DNA of 63,361 nt, the filler included, from Perkinsus olseni (lineage: Eukaryota), in the NCBI GenBank assembly GCA_013115125.1. It is 34 parts of 34 records of this genome, joined end to end, with 100 filler letters (N's around TTAATTAATTAA, not from the genome) between each part and the next. Parts side by side here need not be neighbours in the genome. Positions count along the whole stretch, not along the records: positions 9,452 to 11,236 come from JABANN010001733.1; positions 11,337 to 13,119 come from JABANN010001734.1; positions 13,220 to 15,001 come from JABANN010001735.1; positions 15,102 to 16,879 come from JABANN010001736.1; positions 16,980 to 18,756 come from JABANN010001737.1; positions 18,857 to 20,628 come from JABANN010001738.1; positions 20,729 to 22,499 come from JABANN010001739.1; positions 22,600 to 24,370 come from JABANN010001740.1; 26 more parts are not named here. One strand, 5' to 3'. Below the pieces are notes generated by a model. It saw only the letters and a list, made by a program, of their open reading frames with translations, did no database searches and had not been told where the DNA came from. The position numbers and the translations under genes are program-made. Position 1 is the stretch's first letter; every line of letters starts with the position of its first letter. Shown here piece by piece: positions 11,204-24,250 of this stretch.

Positions 11204-11336
11204 AATGACAAGGTTGAAAGACACTAAAGTAATGAGNNNNNNNNNNNNNNNNNNNNNNNNNNNNNNNNNNNNNNNNNNNNTTAATTAATTAANNNNNNNN
11301 NNNNNNNNNNNNNNNNNNNNNNNNNNNNNNNNNNNN

Positions 11337-13119
11337 GTCAGTCTGACGTGAATCGCGAGTTGGCTATTGCCGGCCCTGATGCACTGGTCCTGGATGAGTG
11401 CTACTCACCCCATGCTGTTCGGAGCTGCAGGACGCCTCTGAGGTCCCTTCGAGGAGTACGAGATGAGAAGATCAACGCCTGTCCTCAGGCACGCGGCTTT
11501 CTGTGGTCATTCCAATATTGTTGAGGCCCTCCTGGAGCAGTCCAACACATCAGCGATGGCCCACGTAGGCTCGAGCTTTCAATATGACGATCGACTCGAC
11601 CCTCCTCGCAGTACACCGAAGACGGCTGGTCAGCTCTCCACTCGGCTGCCAGCCAGGGGCATGACGAAGTTGTAATAGCCTTCCTAACAAAATCTTCGGA
11701 TATTCACAGCAGTGCGCGTTTCGACGGATTCGGAGTGGTGAGTCGACTCCTTAGTAAGGCGTGGTTATAGTACGGCATTCCTGGCCAGTTACACGTAGTA
11801 GCACAGGTTTGCAACAGGAAGCTTGCGAGTGACGGAGCTGATGTTATGGCACACGCATTGAAGTGAGACGCGGGACTCTGTCACAGTATCAGAACCACCG
11901 GCTGAGTCCACTAGCCTGCTGATGCTTGAAGATATCGGAACACAATTGTGGAGACTAGAGAGGCACATGAGAACAGAACAACTTAGTGTCGATCACTTCG
12001 TCATCAACGCGTTTCCGCCTCATCTCGTCTGGGATGTCCCGAGCCGTTGCACGCTTGTTCGGCGCGGATCGCATCTTGTGCATGCGTGCACAATTAATTT
12101 CTCTCGAGAGAGTGAGCTTGGGGCGTGCTGGTAGAACATAAGATGCGTTACTAGGCTGAATACTACCAGGAGGCTCCTGGCAGGAGCCCACTCAGACTTA
12201 GTTGAATCAAGCAGCCGGAATATGATGAGTACATGACATTTTAACTCGAACGATAGTCAATGGATGGGTGTTCCCTTATCGACATGGTGCTCACGTTGGG
12301 AGAAGCAAATTGTACACGAGGCGACCCTGCCATGATCCCGGCTCAGTTTTGGCTGGTTTCAGATACTACCGAGGTCAGGTACATGAGAGGTCGAGCCGTG
12401 GAAGATTCATGCGTGACTGGACGCCACTTCATGTGTGTTGCTTGAAGGGTAAGGTGCGCGCAGCTCAACTCTTGCTGAAGGCCGGGGCGAAGGTGAGAGA
12501 GGTCGCAGGATCGATTCTCGGCTGCGACACCTTTTCTAGCCTTCTGCAAGAACCGGCGCCATCTGCATACACTCCGCCCTGTTGAACGACATAGCCAGCG
12601 GGAGAGTCCGAGTGGGGAAGATCGAACCCGACCGTGACGCTGATGACGGCACCCTTCCCAAGAGTGAGCTTCCGTACCGTGGCACTGAAATTTCGGATAC
12701 GTAATGTTGAACCCAGAGGCGTATTCTCGTATGCTCACCCAGCACCGCTGACAACTCTCGTTATTCCGGAAAAGTGAAAGATGCGCGGAACAGCTTGTTT
12801 GCGGTTTTGGAATCTCTTCTCTTGTGACATTGAATCTTCCTCTGGGGAGATCGGATAGCCCCCACGACTTGAGCCTGATGAGCCTTCCCTGCCCTTCTGA
12901 TTCTCGCTCAGATCGCTACCCATGGCTCCACTTGGATATGGTAGATGAAGGCCTCCTGCCGATCCACTTGGCAGCGTTGGGCGGGCACTTCAAAACGGTC
13001 ATGATGCTCGTAAGTGTTACGGAGTGACGGGGTTCGAAGTGCTCTCACAGTTGAAGCAGTACGGAGGCGATCCGAGCTCGACATCATTGAAGCACCAATG
13101 GACGGTGCTGCACTACGCT
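11337..13119 (+). CDS. Ankyrin-repeat protein, multi-exon, partial
   Basis: HAAFCGHSNIVEALLE, DGWSALHSAASQGHDEVV, DWTPLHVCCLKGKVRAAQLLLKAGA, GLLPIHLAALGGHFKTV and WTVLHYA are split by short introns. Confidence 0.88.
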
Positions 13120-14061
13120 NNNNNNNNNNNNNNNNNNNNNNNNNNNNNNNNNNNNNNNNNNNNTTAATTAATTAANNNNNNNNNNNNNNNNNNNNNNNNN
13201 NNNNNNNNNNNNNNNNNNNACCAAATATCATTACCCTCGTCACGGGCACGCATATCGAGTAGGGTTTATTGCAGTTTCGCCGAATCACGGATATTTGGTT
13301 CAAGAATGACGGGTTGGTTAATTGCAGTTTCGTGACTCTACGTAGCTGCATTGGATGATTTCTCGTAACGGGCTCGGGTATGCCGCCACGGCAGATGACC
13401 TGAAGCCTTACAGAGATTTGCGCTGTCGTTTGCTGCGGTGAATGACCTTTCCAATTGCGTCGCAGTCTTCTGGTGGATGAGAAGGCGAAGCCGGTGGCGA
13501 TTCCAGCTCGGAAATACCCTGCCAGTCGCGAAAAACTCTGGCCACGTCAACTCGACGGTCTCGGAGACTGTCACGACTATCACAAGACTTACTTCGATGA
13601 ATGTCGAGTTGTGTGGCCCTGGGGAAGACGCTGTCGGTGAGTACTCAAAGAAGGGTGACAGCCGCAAGCTCGAGTAAGACAGTGCTTGGCTCGTGGGTTC
13701 GATCGGGCTCGCGCTGCCGTAACTCGTGCAGTGCGCGTTCTGGTGCCACCCGGACGCAGGACTCTGACCAGCTCTCTCTGCAGGACTGCTTAGCGGGGAG
13801 GTACGGATCACAAAGTCGTCTAGAGATGGAACTCGGACAGGCGGTAGAGAGACGAAGGGAGGGCTCGACGTTGGGGGGTCGATAATGCTGTCTCCCGAGT
13901 GGAGGTGGCCATCACCTAGGCACTGCGAGATTTGATATTCCATGGTCGGTCAGTCTCACCCCTCTGGTACAGCAAGGCGTTGGAAGAGACGTCTCTTGTG
14001 ACATCTCCCACTGGCCTCTCGCCGACCGGAGACCTTTCCGCGGGACTGTTGACGAGAGGGC

Positions 14062-15001
14062 TTAGAGTCGAAGGGGCAATGATACTGTCGTCTCCTGAGC
14101 ATCAGAGTTGCCCAGTGAGCGCCGCTCACTGAGCGGCTCCCGCTCTATCTCACCGTCCTGATCAGACGTGAGGTTGACCGAGGCATCCCGGATGGCATCC
14201 TCTATGCCTTGAGCTTCTGCCTCCTCTATCCAGCTCGCTTCCCTGACGCGGCGAGGATCTGAAGCGATTCGCTTCAAGCGAAGATTGACCGGCATCGCTC
14301 CTGCACGAGTCTGGGGCAGTAGCAGCGATTCTTCAATCCTGCTAGCAGGACCGACATGCTGCTTACCCTCATCATCAGACTCGCTAGCGCCATCAGACTC
14401 GCTCGCGTCATCCGAGCCTTCGGATTCGCCTTCGTATTCTTCATACTCCTCCGAGCGGCTGGCGTCATCCGACCCGGTAGCGTCATCCGACCTGCTGGCG
14501 TCTACTGAGATTGAACAAGAACGAGTTTGAGACGTAGACGGATGCGGCAGCGACAAAACTCACGATTAGGTATAGAGCGGCATGTGTTGCGGGATCCCAT
14601 AGCGGCTTCCTCCTCTAGATCAGACTCCAATTCAGAGTCCGAACTAGCCGAACCCTCGAGTAGTCCTGATTGTTCAAGGAAGTTGCTCTCCTCTTCGATC
14701 CATGACTCGACTTCCGAAAGGATGGAGCGATCTCGCACCCGCCGAGGGTCTGAAACTCAGATTCTGAGACGGGATCATCCTAATTCATGATTCACAATCG
14801 GCCAAACATGGTTCCTCACCGTCTTCGTCGCCACTAGAATCGGCATCCGTGAAGGCCGGATCGATAAAGCTAGATAGCAATGAATCATCGCGGCTATGGC
14901 ACTCCAGCTGGGGGATCGGCTTTGCATCTCTTGGAAGGAGCGTGAGCCTAGTGCTCCTCGAACGCGGATCGAGTTCCGCCAGCAACTCCTTGTAGCGCTC
15001 A
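14062..15001 (-). CDS. Acidic, Ser-rich hypothetical protein, probably multi-exon, partial
   Basis: Consecutive minus-strand acidic ORFs including SDDASES-type repeats. No family recognised. Confidence 0.4.
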
Positions 15002-16980
15002 NNNNNNNNNNNNNNNNNNNNNNNNNNNNNNNNNNNNNNNNNNNNTTAATTAATTAANNNNNNNNNNNNNNNNNNNNNNNNNNNNNNNNNNNNNNNNNNN
15101 NCGAGAATCGTCAGTAGAGAGAACGAGGCAGCACTTGCTGGGCAAGACACTGGCGTTGGGGTAGGAGACCATGGGCCACTGTAGACGTCTCAGGGATATT
15201 GTTCTCAGAATAAGGAGCGTTGGAAGCACGCTTCTTGGCAGCGCTCACCCCTGGCGAAGACATGAAGGTGGGGTTGTGTTGTTGGTTATCGGGTTACGGC
15301 GCGGCAGATACGACGCTGGGCGTCACTCGAACTCATATGAAGATACACCCTACCATCACTAGGTGTGCGAGCTACTCCTTCGGGAGGGCTGATCGATACC
15401 TGTTGCAGTCGAAGGAGGAAGAGGTGAGACTAGTGAGGGTGTGTCGAAAATAGGAATCTCATACCACACCATGCCGAACTCATCTCGTCCGATTAAACTT
15501 CAGTGGATTTATCGATGATCCCTCGACTTGATAGAGATACGAAGATTTGCGTCACTGTCAGAGGGTTTACCTCTTGAACTGAATTGGACCTACATGGTTG
15601 TGCTTTTACAGACCGACAGTCTGCGATACCGAAATCGAGCAGCACCAGCTCCATCAGAGTACTTTCCCAGCTTCCCTCCAAGTGGCACCGATGCATTCGG
15701 TCCACAAGCGAAGTTACAGTGGCGCGATACTCTCAGTGAGTGCCCGCAAGGACACGCGTTGAACTTTCGTTTGCAGGCAGCAGCAGCACCAACCCATGCG
15801 GGTTCGATTCCACTAAGGTGCTTTCTAGCGCTAAGTTCAGCTTCTCCAGGACGAGGAGGTAAGCGAAATCTTTGTCTTTTCACTCGGCCGGGACATGACG
15901 TCGAAGGTGACCTCATTGTTACGCGATTGTTCCTCGTTAGGTTTATGAATGACCCTCGAGTGTCGTCGGGAAGGTATGCTGTGAAGACGGACAAGGGGAA
16001 CCTCTCTCCCGGGCCAATTTACGTCCATTACACGACATTCGGGTGACTGATGATGTTAGTTGTTGTGAAGCTGGATTTTTGCGTTTGAGTACCCTCCTAG
16101 TAATGTATTATACACAGGTGAGGACTTCAATCACCGTGACGATGAAAGCATCACTATAATACAGGTGGCCGCTCCCCGCTGTAGATGGTTGAAGCCCGGA
16201 GCGCCTGTACTCTGGGCGCATCTCATCACTGCTCGTTAATCTGCCCTGCCGTGCGCTGAACGGAAGCTGTCTGTGGCAGATTCCGGCTGGAGGTGAGCGG
16301 GCTAATGTGAAGTAAGTCATTTGAGTGGCTCGGGCGCTTACCGGACAGGACGCGATGGTAGCACCACAAACTCTGCCTTAACGGAATTTATACTTGTGGT
16401 AATGGGAACACGGTGTGATATGTTGAAGAGTATCGAGAGAAGTCCATCCATGCCGTAGCTTCACGAACGACGTTTACGGCTTCTCACGCGGTAGTGTACG
16501 GGGCAGGACCAGCCACACCAGTCTTCACAGAGTGCTTTGTTGTGCTGCCCCGCGGCGGCGTGCTCATCGGCGTATCATCATCATCAACAACACACAGACT
16601 AAGGAGAATGCATGGGAAAGTAGAGACCCGAGCGATGGGGATACCGGAAGATTGCCTGGATCACATAGCGGATTGGAGGCTGCCCCGCGAGATCGATTGT
16701 ATTCGCGAGAGCTCTGGCCTAGTGGTTAAACTGGAGAACTGCCATTCGTTACACCCGGGCTTGAGACTTCGAGATGGCTTCGAGTGGAGTTGACGACTCA
16801 TCAGTGGAGTTGGTGAGAAAGCAGATGGACTACTCGTGGCGATTCGCCCCTGGCAAGAATCTTGGTCAGGGTGTTGAGANNNNNNNNNNNNNNNNNNNNN
16901 NNNNNNNNNNNNNNNNNNNNNNNTTAATTAATTAANNNNNNNNNNNNNNNNNNNNNNNNNNNNNNNNNNNNNNNNNNNNT

Positions 16981-18756
16981 GGAATTAAATGTTATCGTTG
17001 TATGGGGAAGGGGCACTCTGCTCGCAGATGTAAAGCTCCGGAACCAGCTAACCTAGATCGGCGTTGTAAACGTTGTGGGAATCCAAATCATACTATCGAC
17101 AATTGTAAGACGGAGTTGAATAATGCCATCTGTAATAGATGTAATATTACGGGGCATTTAGCGTATACCTGCCGTAGTAGACCGTTGGATTCTGGTCGTG
17201 AGAGTTCTATTACCAGACGACCTCCTACCCCCACTGCGAAAATTAATGGTGATAAGGCATCGGGTTCGTCTAGGGTAAATATGGTCTCAAATATTAGAGA
17301 CTATATTAGTGATTCTAAGGGTGACCCAAGGTTGAAAGACCCCAGTGTACCTATGGTCATTGGTGAGGTCAGATTACAAGGGAAACCCACCACTGCCCTC
17401 TTTGATACAGGGGCGGAGGTATCATTAATTACTTGTTCTTGGCTCAAGGAATTTGCACCGAGGGTTCGGTTCGAAGATGATATGATTCCCCGTATTACTA
17501 CAGCAGATGGTAATAGAATGGAAATACGGGTGGGGAGTGTGATGCTTACCGTGGCGACGGATAATATTGAAATTGTTGACCGTTTTATCGTTACGTCTGA
17601 CGATTTAACGGTTCCGTTATTATTGGGATGCACTACTATGTCTAAATTAAACACATCGATTGTTATTACTACTAATGGTATGAGTATCGTTACCAACATA
17701 GTGGATCCTCCGAAGATACCAAAGCGGGTAAGATTTTCTGGTAAGGTTGATTATATACCACCGCGGGCAACGTCGCCAACGCGGGCAACGGGGCCACCGC
17801 GGGCAACTGCGGAGTTGGTGGGGAACAGTTTAGGTATGGAGTATCAGGTGTATCAGATCAACCGTCTTATCCAAGAGAGTGGTATCAAAGGTGAGAGGTT
17901 AACGGTGGAGCAATACAGTGATCCCCAATCTCCTTGGCAATTGCTTACCTACTCTGATACCGTTGATATGGAAGAAGGTTGCAACCAAAATGCTGAGGTC
18001 TTTGTTGTTGCGCCTGGGGAGGGTACAACCTCCGAGCAACAAGAGACTACCGCGACTGGTACCCCCCACAAAATGGAAATGTACCAACGCGGGCAACGGT
18101 TGGAGGAGAAAGATGAGGATTTGGATGAGGATGTACTCGCCAAGGACGATAGGCCACCATGGGAAGTTATTGAATGCTGTTGGGGTAGTATGGTTGGTGA
18201 TGGTGGTAAACTGGATGGTCATGTATTGGGATATTTCTTGGTGTTGGTTACGGGCGGAGTAGTGAAGGGAATATTGTTGTCGTATTGTCGAGGAGTGAAA
18301 GAGTCTGACGATGGAGAAAGGTTGGTGGTGCCGATAGTATATGGCGAGGAAGAAGTGTGTTCGTTGAAGAATGTTAAGCATGCGGTTGCTCTCCAGGAAG
18401 TGATTTATGCGCATCTCGCAAAGGGTCGAAGGGTGTATGTTGATGCTGATGATACGATTAAGACCTTAGAGTTAAAGGATGGTTATGAGAAAGATAGAGA
18501 TGGGCAGAATGTTAGAGAGGCACGGACACGTACAGCGGTTGAGCAAGGGTTGGCAGCATGGCGACGACAAGTAGAACGCGGCCGAGTGGAAGACCCCGAT
18601 AATGATGATATTGTGGACGACCACGAGGACGACGCCGAACCAGCCAGAGAAGGAAACGTTGACGTGGACGACGGTGAGGAGGGCGACAATGTGGACGACC
18701 ACGAGGACAACGCCATACAGTTTGAAGGAGACGATGTCAATGTGGACGACCACGAG
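16981..18756 (+). CDS. LTR retrotransposon gag (three CCHC knuckles) and aspartic protease, followed by an unassigned acidic region
   Basis: CYRCMGKGHSARRC, CKRCGNPNHTIDNC, CNRCNITGHLAYTC; ALFDTGAEVSLI ... LLLG. The frame is open across the whole contig. Confidence 0.88.
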
Positions 18757-18856
18757 NNNNNNNNNNNNNNNNNNNNNNNNNNNNNNNNNNNNNNNNNNNN
18801 TTAATTAATTAANNNNNNNNNNNNNNNNNNNNNNNNNNNNNNNNNNNNNNNNNNNN

Positions 18857-20628
18857 AAGTCCACCAAACTGGCCAATGGGGCCACTATCCCAGTCATCTC
18901 TTCTTCTGATGAACGAAGCTTGTTGATTCTTGTAAAAAAAGTACTTTGCGGAGTCCTTGAGTCGTCTGAACTATATTATGGACGGGTCAGGATTACCGAA
19001 GAGTATATCCAACTCTACCCAAGCGGAGTCTCGCTTGCCTTTTCAAGTTTGAGAAGAGCTGAAGCATCGTAGTTGCAAAGTACAAGTTGAAGCTTGCAAT
19101 TGAGCATCTCGAGATCCTCGAGAGCATTCATGCCTTTCATCAAGCGAGTTGTGACCTCGCTAGTGCGATGGAGTCGCATGTTAACTTGAACTGTCCTCCG
19201 GGAGGACTCCTGCCACAAGTCTTCGGCCAGCCGTGTTCAAGTTTTCCATGGAAATGTTTGATATCGATCCTTACGAAGTCGAAGTAATCTATGGGATGCT
19301 GACTCGTGGAGCATCCATAGGTGCAAATGACCCCATCCCACTGTCAATTTATTGCTCCTCGGCAGAGAGCTCCAATTCCGACAAAACTATATATAAAGTG
19401 ACGAGAGAATGAGAATATAGTGAATGAGAAGTTTCAGGACGAAGTCGCCCGTGGGTTTATGAAATGGCTCACCAAAGACGAGGGGAAAGGGAGGGATCTC
19501 GCACCCATGGATCTGCTCGTCAAGTCAAATGCACCCTCTAACGAGTCTAAGAGAAAGCTTTCTCACTATAGGCTCATAGAAGACTACACAAGGAGCCTTC
19601 TAAACGAGAAATGCCGTTGCTCACGGACTCTGCTACTCTCAAAACTGCAAGATGTAGTTAAAACTCTCCTCACTGGTTGACCAGAAACGGCAAGTCTGGT
19701 GCCTGCAACTGGATCTGGCAGGATCCAGTTAGGCACTGAAAGTGGAGTCAGGCACTGGAATGTGCCTTCCGGCACATTCCAGTAAGACACGAAGACCCCA
19801 GTCAGGTAAATGTGCGAACATCTTTAAGAGCAGTTCAGCATCTGGTCTTGCCGTTCAGCCTAAAAACATCTCCATACAACTTGATAAGACTAATTACTTC
19901 ATCAATGTATGGCCAATCATCGTCTCACTCGCTATTTCATGTTGATGATTTGATTCAGTTTTATCAGGGCGAAGTTGAAGCTCAACTCCGCTCACAGCTA
20001 TATTGTTATGGCTATGCTTCGGCTTCAAACTACAGCTTGAAAAATGTCTATCAACAAGAAACCCACAAAGTTTATAGGCTATTCGCTAGAGTTCGAAGAA
20101 TCCGGCGATGTGTGGTTGGCGATTCGAGGTGACTGTTCTCTGTGGCTGAAAGTTCTGCAAAACGAGAATGCTCATAACAAACTGGTCGTTGAAGCAAAGG
20201 CAAAACAAGCCCAATTCTCAATTGTAGCGTCAGATGCCTCGCTTAACGGCATAGGCGGTTTTCTTCACAAGGACCGCAAGTCTCGCTATTTTCCTTTCCT
20301 TTAAGTGGCTTTCCATCAGCACAACGCAGGAGCCTCCTGCGCGATGAAAATCATCCCGAGTCAAGGGACATGGTTGCTGGTGAACTACTGAATTCTCTTC
20401 ACACTCTGTATCTGGCAACATCTCTTAAGACGGACACCTGTAATTATTGCTGTAGATAACACTGCAACGCGAGGTATACTCAAGAAGCTCGACTTCAAGC
20501 GGAGCGTCCTGCGTAATCTGCTACTCAGAGCTCTAGGCCGGATTGTAAACGGGTTTGTAGTGATCCGTTCCTCCTTATCGTTGTTTTACTCGGATACATC
20601 ATTGTGTTCGATCTGTCTCCGCGGCGTG
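18857..20628 (+). pseudogene. DIRS/Ngaro-type reverse transcriptase-RNase H relic
   Basis: EKFQDEVARGFM, YRLIEDYT...LN, FHVDDL, ASDASLNGIGGF and IAVDNTAT occur in order with many stops and frameshifts. Confidence 0.68.
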
Positions 20629-21610
20629 NNNNNNNNNNNNNNNNNNNNNNNNNNNNNNNNNNNNNNNNNNNNTTAATTAATTAANNNNNNNNNNNNNNNN
20701 NNNNNNNNNNNNNNNNNNNNNNNNNNNNAGACGCTGTAGCTCGCCATGCTATGTGTCCGGCAGTATCTTGTGCCTGGATCATAGAGATCGGTGATAAAGA
20801 TAAATGATCGGACATCCGTCGGATATCGAGATGTCGGAGATCATTTAGGGTAACGCCCAGTACATCGAGTGGAAGAGGGAGCGTACTTGTGATCTGAGTG
20901 TTCGCCCCTCGGCGATAGATCATGTGAAGGCAGCGAGGGTCTATGTGATGGCCTGTGGTAGACTAGATAAGGTGCCATCGATGGTAGTTAGCAGAGTTTT
21001 CAATCTATCCGGAGATTGACCATATTGACCAACGTTGGGTTGGTGGATCCGATTCCGGATTCGGATTGAGCTCTTGCCAGTTCCGACCTGGCGATGAGCA
21101 TCGCGACCTTGACCGCCCATAATTATGGAGGGTGAGCCCGTCATGCTGAGGGCAGAGACTCTCATACTAAGAACGAGCTAATGCGGAGAAATTATCAACG
21201 GAATTGGCAAATATTTGTTTGTCGGGCCGATTCGAGACGAAGCAAACAATGGATCGAACAATCCGACAATCAGACAATCCGGCATTGAGCATACCCGGGG
21301 CTACACGCCCATGGACCAACACCCGAACAAGCGTAGACCTAAAAGAGCTACCTGTGGTTTTATTGATGCTTCTATTGGAAAAGGGTCCGTCAAAGAAGCT
21401 CTTTTCGGTAGGGGGTTCGTTGTTTCCACGGCTAACTTTCCGTAGCACTTGTCCGAGAGAGCCGTTTCATCAACCAACTCTATCCTTGACTGAGTTGTTT
21501 AAATGCTCATAATGGGTGTTGTACATCGACATTTTCGATCGGAAAGGCCTTCAGTCGGAGGTTTTGCCTATATTCTAGCACTCGACGTAATCTCGGTGAG
21601 TAGCCACTTC

Positions 21611-21701
21611 GTTGTGACGGTGCCGATATGGCGTTCCATCTAGCAGCTCGCAATAGTTGTAACGGTCCCAATATGGCGCTCCATCTAGCAGCTCGCAATA
21701 G
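21611..21701. repeat. 45-bp tandem duplication (2 copies)
   Basis: GTTGTRACGGT...ATATGGCGYTCCATCTAGCAGCTCGCAATA at 21611 and 21656. Confidence 0.85.
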
Positions 21702-22973
21702 GTCGATCAGGCGTAAGCTTCCCCTCTTCGCCTAGCTTCGCCTCTCAATAGGCAACAACCCGCCGAAATCAAGATAGTATTCGTTGGACCTGTCCTGTCC
21801 GCGTTCTGCCAGGGAAGCAGCGGGGAAGCGGTGCCGGCTGGGGATAAGCTAGGTTACTGTAACATTCGTTCCGCTGGCGAGCTTACGCTCCTTCGCCACG
21901 CCGTTGTCAAACCAAAGGGCCAACTGTAGGCTTGAGGTTATCAAGTGGAGGGGCAACAAGGGGCAAGAGGCGAGATCATGGCGGCATAAATCATCAACCA
22001 GCTTCTACCGCCGAGAGCAGACAAGTCGGCGACGCTAACAAGCCGGTCAGCATGGTCATCTTGACGGTCTGCAGAGTAGGTTGTGGGCTATCTCAGGTCT
22101 CCTCGGACCGCATGATAACGCTGCTAACTACGGCGGCGGAGACGGGGTAGTACGTCGGAGTTACATGGTGCTCTGTTGAGGATTTTGGAATTCAAATTGC
22201 GATCAACTATAACGGAAAAGCTACTGTACCTCATAGACAGCTGTTGAAGCACTCAACCAACTAGCTTTCGCGAGGTTAACAGCAGATTCGTGAAGCTGAT
22301 TGTGGTATTGTCTCCTCTTCAAAATACCTTGTGAACCTCTTGTATTGCCATATCCCCAAAAAAGGGACCAGTTCTGTTGGTGAGACGGAGCGGAACTGCT
22401 GGGGAGACGCGACTGCAAGATCTTCTACAGTGAGCGTTTAGACAATTCAGTCAAGGAGAGGGTTGGTCGATGAGACTCCTCTGTCGAGCAATTATCCCGN
22501 NNNNNNNNNNNNNNNNNNNNNNNNNNNNNNNNNNNNNNNNNNNTTAATTAATTAANNNNNNNNNNNNNNNNNNNNNNNNNNNNNNNNNNNNNNNNNNNNT
22601 GAGATCCTTCCGCCATCGGGCACATGTACCTTACCAGTTGTCACTATGATAGCTGCTATGAGGGCGACTTGCCCTCCGGTGGTGGTCATCGCTGATCTGC
22701 GCAGCGCCATGTTTCGGATTTCTGTTTGCTCCCGAGTCGCTTGAATGCTCACTGATCCGACAGATCCACTCATTTCGTACTTCACCTATCTGCAATTTGG
22801 TGTCAAGTGGGATAGCACACTTCGTTAATGATCTATTGTTACACTTTGCAATCGAGGATGCATGCAAAATTGTATTCTTGTTTTCAGTATTATTATGTAT
22901 TATCCATATTATCTATCCCTGAGGATTTGTAATCTCTATCTTAAAATTTGCTATCCTTCCAACACCTTGTGTT

Positions 22974-24250
22974 GTGTCGAACATGATGGAGAACTCGGGG
23001 GCATCAGATATCACGTCCCTCGCTGAAGCATTTGGGTTTCCCATCGATATCGAACCTCATCTACTAGCTGAGATTTCAGATCAAGTTGTCCAAGATGTCG
23101 AAAAGGACACAGACCTGTTGACAACAATCACCCTGAGGGCACGTCTTTCAGCCCCTAAGGATATGGTGAAGTCTGATCGCATTATTTCATAATCCACTAG
23201 CCAACAAGAAGTCGCATCTTCATATGCATCCACTTATCAAGCTCCTTCTACACTCCCAGCTAAAGCAGAACTTCGCATCCCCGATAACAAGAAATATGTC
23301 GGCTTGGATGATGAGAGATCTATTTCATACTTTACGAAACACCTACTGATACCGAGTCATTACAACAAGAACTCGAGCCTAAGGCTCCATGGAGATACAT
23401 TTTGGATGCCTTTGAATACACGCCAAGGGCCAACATTTCTGCTGTAGTGAGATTATTATGTCAAGATGGAGAGAGAATGCACGACTATGAAGTTATGATT
23501 AAGTATCTAGTAGAGCATGTCAAACAATATTACAAACGTTCTGATGGGCATGATCTGTTGGATGGTATGGCTGCAATTCACCAACAACCACAAGAAACTG
23601 TATTCTCAGTACTACAACAACTCCAATCTATCGCTTATCAAGCAAGTACTTGTGCTTGTGCTTTGTACTTGTGGTGTATACAAATACTCAGCTTCAATCC
23701 TATTTCATCAACGCTCTTCATGAAAAGCTCAGAGCTGTTGCTAAAACTACTTATCCTTATCTCAAGAGCTTATTACCATGGCCCAGCATTTGGATATGTT
23801 CTTGAGCGAGCAGGATAACCCATCATAGTATTTATTTTTTACTCCGAACCGGCAACAGCAACGAGACTCAACTCAAACTACTACTACACCGACCGCCACT
23901 TGTACATCACAATCTAACGCATTTCCGCCTGATACTTACAAAAAGATCATAGGCAGAGGGATATGCTTCCGTTATTTTCAAAATGGCACCTGTCCATTTG
24001 GTGATTCATGCTACCACAAACATAATTGATGCAATTATCAATCCATTCATTATCCCAACGATTGCCGATGCAGATATATTCATCGGTATGGATCTTATCA
24101 TTATGATTGGGTCTACATTCTCTTGGGCTTCGTGGAATATTTGTCTGCGTTATAAAAGAATAAAGCACTTCTGCGCAATATGCTGTACGCATACAATTTG
24201 TCGTAAGCCTACTCATTAAGATTGTGGCATAAGGCTCTACCACAGCATCT
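22974..24250 (+). pseudogene. Degenerate gag-like ORF ending in a CCCH zinc finger
   Basis: Gag-like IHQQPQETVFSVLQQLQSIAYQA segment, then CFRYFQNGTCPFGDSCYHKH at 23964-24023 (C-x8-C-x5-C-x3-H). Several stops and frameshifts. Confidence 0.55.

Noticed and set aside
16708..16780. tRNA-Gly(GCC)-like sequence (TGGCCTAGTGG ... CTGCCAT ... CCCGGGCTTGAGAC)
   Set aside because: Anticodon, T and acceptor stems do not pair properly; at best a decayed tRNA or SINE relic.
17437..17448. TCTTGGCTCAAG resembling the 3' end of the perkinsid/dinoflagellate spliced leader
   Set aside because: Only 12 nt, inside the protease coding frame, with no CCGTAGCCA 5' part.
21167..21448. VLVHGRVAPGMLNAG as a retroviral-type protease
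   Set aside because: The catalytic Asp is absent and the surroundings are too decayed to support the call.
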